This document shows, in pieces, positions 59,653 through 64,000 of a stretch of DNA of 64,000 nucleotides. Every line of letters begins with the position of its first letter. Position 1 is the first letter of the stretch. The notes beneath the pieces are model-generated. The model ran no database searches, was not told the DNA's origin, and worked only from the letters and a program-made list of their open reading frames with translations. The stretch lies in NCBI GenBank assembly GCA_900544095.1, contig UQTV01000006.1, positions 32,184 to 96,183 on the forward strand. Reading direction: 5' to 3'. The position numbers and the translations under genes are program-made. This DNA is from an uncultured Collinsella sp. Its GTDB lineage: Bacteria; Actinomycetota; Coriobacteriia; Coriobacteriales; Coriobacteriaceae.

Positions 59653-60276
59653 ATGAGCGATCTGGAGAACAAGAAGAGTCCTGTGGTCATTACCATCGCG
59701 CGCGACTTTGGTGCCGAGGGCCACGAGATTGGCCGTATCCTTGCCGATGAGCTGGGGATTCCGCTGTACGATAACGAGCTGCTGGTGCGCGCGTCGCTGC
59801 GCGCGGGCGAGTCGCTCGACAAGATGGCTGCCTACGACGAGCGCCTGGCCGTGGAGAATATGGCGTTTCTGCCCGACCGCTACGATGCGCGTTCGTACTC
59901 GGATAAGTTGTTCCAAAAGATGAGCCAGGTGATTTTGGATCTGGGCGAGACCGAGAGCTGCATTATCGAAGGCCGTCTGTCCGATTACCTGCTGCGCAAC
60001 AACCCCAATCACATTGCCGTGCTGGTGACCGCACCCTTTGAGGACCGCGTCGAGATCGTGCGCAAAAAGCGCGGCCTCAACAAAAAGAAGGGCGCCAAGC
60101 TGGTCAAGCAGCAGCAGAAGGCGCGCGAGGCGTTCTATAAGCGCTATAGCGCCGGAAAGTGGAAGATGACGAGCGGCAAGGACATCGTCGTCAACCGCGC
60201 CAAACTGGGCCGCGAAGGCTGCAAAGATGTTATCGCCGCTGCCTACCGCTACAAAGTCGCCCAGCTCGAAGGCTAG
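59653..60276 (+). CDS. cytidylate kinase-like family protein (Cytidylate_kin2 type)
   Basis: VITIARDFGAEGHEIGRILADELGIPLYDNELL is typical of the AAA/cytidylate-kinase-like family. The start was trimmed to MSDLENK. Confidence 0.75.
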   Translation: MSDLENKKSPVVITIARDFGAEGHEIGRILADELGIPLYDNELLVRASLRAGESLDKMAAYDERLAVENMAFLPDRYDARSYSDKLFQKMSQVILDLGETESCIIEGRLSDYLLRNNPNHIAVLVTAPFEDRVEIVRKKRGLNKKKGAKLVKQQQKAREAFYKRYSAGKWKMTSGKDIVVNRAKLGREGCKDVIAAAYRYKVAQLEG

Positions 60277-60285
60277 CCGACAAAA

Positions 60286-60320
60286 ACCACCACAAAGGGG
60301 ACAGGCACCTTTGTGGTGGT
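60286..60320. repeat. 35-nt hairpin, exact reverse complement of 16198-16232
   Basis: ACCACCACAAAGGGGACAGGCACCTTTGTGGTGGT. Confidence 0.9.
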
Positions 60321-60336
60321 CGGTCGACCGGCATAG

Positions 60337-60374
60337 AAAAAGTCCCCGCCGGGCGTGTGCTCGACGGGGACTTT
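60337..60374 (-). terminator. rho-independent terminator downstream of the nfnAB-like operon
   Basis: On the minus strand, AAGTCCCCG-loop-CGGGGACTT is followed by TTTTTC. Confidence 0.7.
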
Positions 60375-60402
60375 GCCGTTTGATGGCTAGCGCTGTGGGT
60401 GA

Positions 60403-61812
60403 TTACTCGCCCAGCAGGCTCTTGGTGATCGAAGCTGCGGCCTTCTTGCCGGCGCCCATCGCCAGAATGACCGTAGCGGCACCGGTGACGATGTCGCCGC
60501 CGGCCCAGATGCGGGGATCGGTGGTCTGGCCGGTCTCCTCGTCGGCGACGATGTAGCCCCACTTGTTGAGCTCCATCTTGCCGCCGATCTTGGCAGCGAA
60601 GGGGTTGGCGTTGGTGCCGATAGCCGAGATCGCGACGTCGCAAGGAATCTCCTCGATGGCGCCCTCGATGGGCACCGGGCGACGACGGCCGGACTCGTCG
60701 GGCTCGCCGAGCTCCATCTTCTGGACCTTGACGGCGCACACGGAGCCGTCCTCGCCGGCGACAAACTCGAGCGGGGAGACGAGCGGCAGAACTTCGACGC
60801 CCTCGGCCTTAGCATGGTGCAGCTCGGCGCGACGGCAGGGCATCTCGTCCTCGGTACGACGGTAGGCGATGATGGCGTGCTCGGCGCCCAGACGCTTGGC
60901 GGTACGGACGGCGTCCATAGCCACGTTGCCGCCACCAAAGACGACGACGTTCTTGCCGTGCTTGGTGGGGGTGTCGTACTCGGGGAACTTGTTGGCCTTC
61001 ATCAGGTTCACGCGGGTGAGGTACTCGTTCGCGAAGAAGACGTTGGGCAGGTTCTCGCCGGGGACGTTGAGGAACTTGGGCAGGCCGGCGCCGGTCGCCA
61101 CGTAGATGGCGTCGAAGCCCTGCTCGAACAGCTCCTCGGCCGTGGCCATGTTGCCCACGACGGAGTTGTACTCAAACTTGACGCCCATGTCCTCCAGGCC
61201 GTCAATCTCGCGCTTGACGACTGCCTTGGGCAGACGGAACTCGGGGATGCCGTAGACCAGCACGCCGCCGCCGGTAAAGAAGGCCTCAAAGACGGTGACG
61301 TCAAAGCCGTTACGGGCGAGCTCGCCGGCGCAGGTGATGCCGGACGGGCCGGAGCCGACGACGGCGACCTTCTTGCCGTTCTTGGGAGCCATCTTGGGCG
61401 TGGAGGCGAGCTCGGGGCGGTCACCCAGGAAGCGCTCGAGCTGGCCGATGGCCACGGGCTCGGACTTCTTACCGCGGATGCACTTACCCTCGCACTGGTT
61501 CTCCTGCGGGCAGACGCGGCCGCAGATAGCGGGAAGCATGGAGTCCTCGCGGATAGTATCGAGGGCGCCGCCGAAGTCTTTCGCGCGGATCTGCTCGATA
61601 AAGCGGGGAATGTTGATGTTGACGGGGCAGCCCTCAACACAGAACGGCTTCTTGCAGTTGAGGCAGCGCTCGGCCTCGGCCAGCGCCATCTCCTCGGTGA
61701 AGCCCTTGTCGACGGGGCGGAAGTCGCAGGCGCGCTCGGCAGCCGGCTCCTCGTTATCGGGGGTGCGGGGCGACTTCATATCGGCAACGAAACGACCGTT
61801 AACTAGTGGCAT
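60403..61812 (-). CDS. GltD/NfnB/SudA-family NADPH-dependent oxidoreductase (glutamate synthase small-subunit-like)
   Basis: 469 aa with two Fe-S Cys clusters (CLNCKKPFCVEGCP, CGRVCPQENQCEGKC), FAD and NADPH Rossmann motifs VAVVGSGPSGITCA and VVVFGGGNVAMD, and GGDIVTGAATVI. Confidence 0.88.
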   Translation of the reverse strand: MPLVNGRFVADMKSPRTPDNEEPAAERACDFRPVDKGFTEEMALAEAERCLNCKKPFCVEGCPVNINIPRFIEQIRAKDFGGALDTIREDSMLPAICGRVCPQENQCEGKCIRGKKSEPVAIGQLERFLGDRPELASTPKMAPKNGKKVAVVGSGPSGITCAGELARNGFDVTVFEAFFTGGGVLVYGIPEFRLPKAVVKREIDGLEDMGVKFEYNSVVGNMATAEELFEQGFDAIYVATGAGLPKFLNVPGENLPNVFFANEYLTRVNLMKANKFPEYDTPTKHGKNVVVFGGGNVAMDAVRTAKRLGAEHAIIAYRRTEDEMPCRRAELHHAKAEGVEVLPLVSPLEFVAGEDGSVCAVKVQKMELGEPDESGRRRPVPIEGAIEEIPCDVAISAIGTNANPFAAKIGGKMELNKWGYIVADEETGQTTDPRIWAGGDIVTGAATVILAMGAGKKAAASITKSLLGE

Positions 61813-62642
61813 GCGCAGCTCTTTTCCTCATAGGCCTTGAGGGACTCGCCCTCTTCGGAACGGTAAGCGGCCTGGCGGGCACGAAGGTCATCCCAGTCGA
61901 CCAGGGTGGCATCGAAGTCGGGGCCGTCGACGCAAGCGAACTTGGTCACGCCGCCCACCTCGACGCGGCAGCAGCCGCACATACCGGTGCCGTCAACCAT
62001 GATGGGGTTGAGCGACGCGGTGATGGGGGTGTCGTACTTCTGGGCGGTGAGGGTCGAGAACTTCATCATCGGAACGGGGCCGACGCAGAAGACCTGGCTC
62101 ACAGCCTTGTCCTGCAGCAGGCGCTCCAGCGGAGCGGTGACAACGCCCTGCTCGCCGTAGGAACCGTCGTCAGTGGTGATGTGGATGTGGTCCTCGTCGA
62201 GGAGCTCGCGGAACTGGTCCTCCATGAGCAGGAGGTCCTTGGTGCGGGCGCCCATGATGGCGTGCACCTCGTGGCCGGTCTCGACCAGGTGCTTGGCGAC
62301 CGGGAAGGCAATTGCCAGGCCGACGCCGCCGCCAATGACGGCGCAGGGGCCCTCGGCCATCTCGGTGGGAACGCCCAGCGGGCCCACGACGTCGCGCAGC
62401 GACTCGCCGGCCTCGTAGGTGGAAAGCATCTCGGTGGTCTTGCCGATCACCATGAAGATGAACTCGACCCAGCCCTCGTCACCGTTCCAGCCGGCCAGGG
62501 TAAACGGGACGCGCTCGCCCGTCTCGTTGGCGCGGACCATGAGGAACTGTCCAGCGTGCGCATGCTTGGCGATTGCAGGCGCCTCGATGCGGAACTTGAA
62601 CACCTTCTCCGAGAACTGCGTCTTCTCCAGGATCTTATACAT
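61803..62642 (-). CDS. NfnA/SudB-type FAD/NAD-binding ferredoxin-reductase-like subunit
   Basis: MYKILEKTQFSEKVFKFRIEAP, RVPFTL, VIGGGVGLA and the C-terminal 2Fe-2S motif GTGMCGCCRV. It overlaps the partner gene by 10 nt. Confidence 0.85.
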   Translation of the reverse strand: MYKILEKTQFSEKVFKFRIEAPAIAKHAHAGQFLMVRANETGERVPFTLAGWNGDEGWVEFIFMVIGKTTEMLSTYEAGESLRDVVGPLGVPTEMAEGPCAVIGGGVGLAIAFPVAKHLVETGHEVHAIMGARTKDLLLMEDQFRELLDEDHIHITTDDGSYGEQGVVTAPLERLLQDKAVSQVFCVGPVPMMKFSTLTAQKYDTPITASLNPIMVDGTGMCGCCRVEVGGVTKFACVDGPDFDATLVDWDDLRARQAAYRSEEGESLKAYEEKSCACH

Positions 62643-62803
62643 AGAACCCCTCTCTTGTTAGGGCCGCCGAACCGTGCCTCCACGGAAATGGACGGTAGCC
62701 CGAGTAAAACCGTACGCGCACAGGCGTTGTGCAGACATACGGTGCAAATTATACCCTCATGGACATGTCGCTTACGTGTGTCTTTGGCAGGCGGGAAAAG
62801 TGG

Positions 62804-63001
62804 CCTGCCATTTAGGGACAGGTTTATTTTGGCAGGTTTTATCAGGCAAAACGGCAAAGGGGGCCGGCCTCGCGCATCGGTGAGGCCGGCCCCCTTTGGA
62901 GCGTTGCGTATGTATGGCGGCACAGGGTTTATTGCGACGCGGCCGCCGCGGCGTTTCCGCAGATAAAACCTGCCAAAATAAACCTGTCCCTAAATGGCAG
63001 G
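62804..63001. repeat. 198-bp MITE-like element with perfect 40-bp terminal inverted repeats
   Basis: CCTGCCATTTAGGGACAGGTTTATTTTGGCAGGTTTTATC at 62804-62843 is the exact reverse complement of 62962-63001. The core carries the hairpin CAAAGGGGGCCGGCCTC-loop-GAGGCCGGCCCCCTTTG (about 62855-62898). The right end abuts the pth stop. Confidence 0.9.
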
Positions 63002-63003
63002 TT

Positions 63004-63633
63004 TTAGTGCTTGCCGTTGGCGGAGGCGGAGCCGTTGACGTGATCGCGGGCATAGACCACGCCGTGCACGATTGCCAGGCCGGCGGCATCTGCGGCGCGG
63101 GCGCAGGCGACCTGGAAGTCCTCGGCCTCGCGGGCGCGCAGCTGCTTGAGCACGTAGTCGGCGACAGCCATCTTGCCGGGAGGGTTGCCGATGCCGGTGC
63201 GGATGCGGCTGAAGTCGCGGCTGCCCATCTTGTCGATGATGGAGCGCAGGCCGTTGTGACCGGCGTGGCCGCCGCCTACCTTAACGCGTACGTCGCCGGC
63301 GGGAATGTCGAGCTCATCGTGGATCACGAGCAGCTCCTCGGCTTTGATTTTGTACTCGCGGCAAAGCTTGGAGATGGGACCGCCCGAGGTGTTCATGTAC
63401 GACTGCGGCTTGACCAGCACGATCTGGCGCTTGCCGCCCTCTTCCTCGGGATCGTTGATGTTGATGAGCGCGACCTCGGCGCCGGCCTGGTTTTTCCAGT
63501 ACGTGACGCCGGCCTGACGGGCCAGCTCGTCGATTGCCTTAAAGCCAGCGTTGTGGCGGGTTTCGGCATATTCCTCGCCCGGGTTGCCAAGCCCGGCAAC
63601 CATGCGAATCTTGAGCGGCTGTGCAGCTGCCAT
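63004..63633 (-). CDS. pth: peptidyl-tRNA hydrolase
   Basis: VAGLGNPGEEYAETRHNAGF, KPQSYMNTSG, VIHDELD and GGHAGHNGLRSI. The start was trimmed to MAAAQPL after a GAAGGGA RBS. Confidence 0.93.
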   Translation of the reverse strand: MAAAQPLKIRMVAGLGNPGEEYAETRHNAGFKAIDELARQAGVTYWKNQAGAEVALININDPEEEGGKRQIVLVKPQSYMNTSGGPISKLCREYKIKAEELLVIHDELDIPAGDVRVKVGGGHAGHNGLRSIIDKMGSRDFSRIRTGIGNPPGKMAVADYVLKQLRAREAEDFQVACARAADAAGLAIVHGVVYARDHVNGSASANGKH

Positions 63634-63748
63634 ATTTGTCCCTTCGTTACACAAACAGTTCAATCAACGACAAAGGCTACCACGCCCGCCGAGGACGAGG
63701 AAAGGTTGCAGCAAAGTCATTTCAGAAAACAGCTGCCCCGAGACAGCA

Positions 63749-63850
63749 GGAAGCCCGGTAGGCCGGGAGGGGTTATCTAAGCCGACATCCCGCAGCCGCG
63801 AAGCGGCGAGGACGTCGGCTTAGATAACCCCGCAGGCCTACCGGGCTTCC
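63749..63850. repeat. 102-bp imperfect palindromic element (~37-bp arms)
   Basis: GGAAGCCCGGTAGGCCGGGAGGGGTTATCTAAGCCGAC pairs with GTCGGCTTAGATAACCCCGCAGGCCTACCGGGCTTCC. The arms match except for a 3-4-nt internal patch. Confidence 0.85.
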
Positions 63851-63873
63851 GGTGGGATGCGAGGGTCAAGCGA

Positions 63874-64000
63874 CTACAGCGCGAAGTCGCCGCCGACGAG
63901 CGTGGAGACGGGCTCCTCGTGGTAAACGGCGGAAATGGCCTGGGCGAACTCCTCGGCGACCGAGATGGTCTTGATCTTGCCGCCGACCTCGACGGGAATG
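63874..64000 (-). CDS. prs: ribose-phosphate pyrophosphokinase, C-terminal end only (window edge)
   Basis: The minus strand reads ...IPVEVGGKIKTISVAEEFAQAISAVYHEEPVSTLVGGDFAL*, which matches the Prs C-terminal pattern (SVAPL.AEAI.R.H..ESVS.LF). The prs-pth order is common. Confidence 0.7.
   Translation of the reverse strand, partial: IPVEVGGKIKTISVAEEFAQAISAVYHEEPVSTLVGGDFAL

Overview
The window reads as the chromosomal replication-origin neighbourhood of a high-GC Gram-positive genome. Gene order and protein features suggest Actinomycetota, perhaps Coriobacteriia or Collinsella-like, but this is inference only because no searches were run. Order: yidD-rnpA-rpmH (minus) | unknown GHKL/wHTH gene-dnaA-dnaN-recF-DUF721-gyrB-gyrA | tRNA Ile-Ala-Ile | BFN nuclease plus 2 unknowns | typA | 2 membrane proteins and 2 tRNA-Ser (minus) | rpsF-ssb-rpsR-rplI | dnaB | purA, purD, NUDIX, ABC exporter | carAB | GntR regulator with a mannose-family PTS (IIA-IIB-IIC-IID) | MarR | a 2137-aa wall-anchored GH31 enzyme | purE, sortase B | purF-purM-purN | PTS EIIA, PrsA-like PPIase, YqeY | amino-acid ABC operon | NfnAB-like oxidoreductase, pth, prs (minus). 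I saw no transposase, integrase, CRISPR array or recognisable defence system, so this is core chromosome. Three things stand out. (1) An uncharacterised Bergerat-fold ATPase with a prion-like Q/P/Y domain and a winged helix sits between rpmH and dnaA, inside a field of a repeated 12-mer. (2) The intergenic regions hold an unusually rich set of long, often perfect palindromic MITE/REP-like elements, several sharing GGGGAC cores and recurring in both orientations. (3) The giant GH31 protein carries both cohesin-like and dockerin-like modules next to a PTS/GntR locus. All calls rest on motif recognition by eye and the supplied ORF track. Several starts were trimmed from the track ORFs using RBS and family N-termini.
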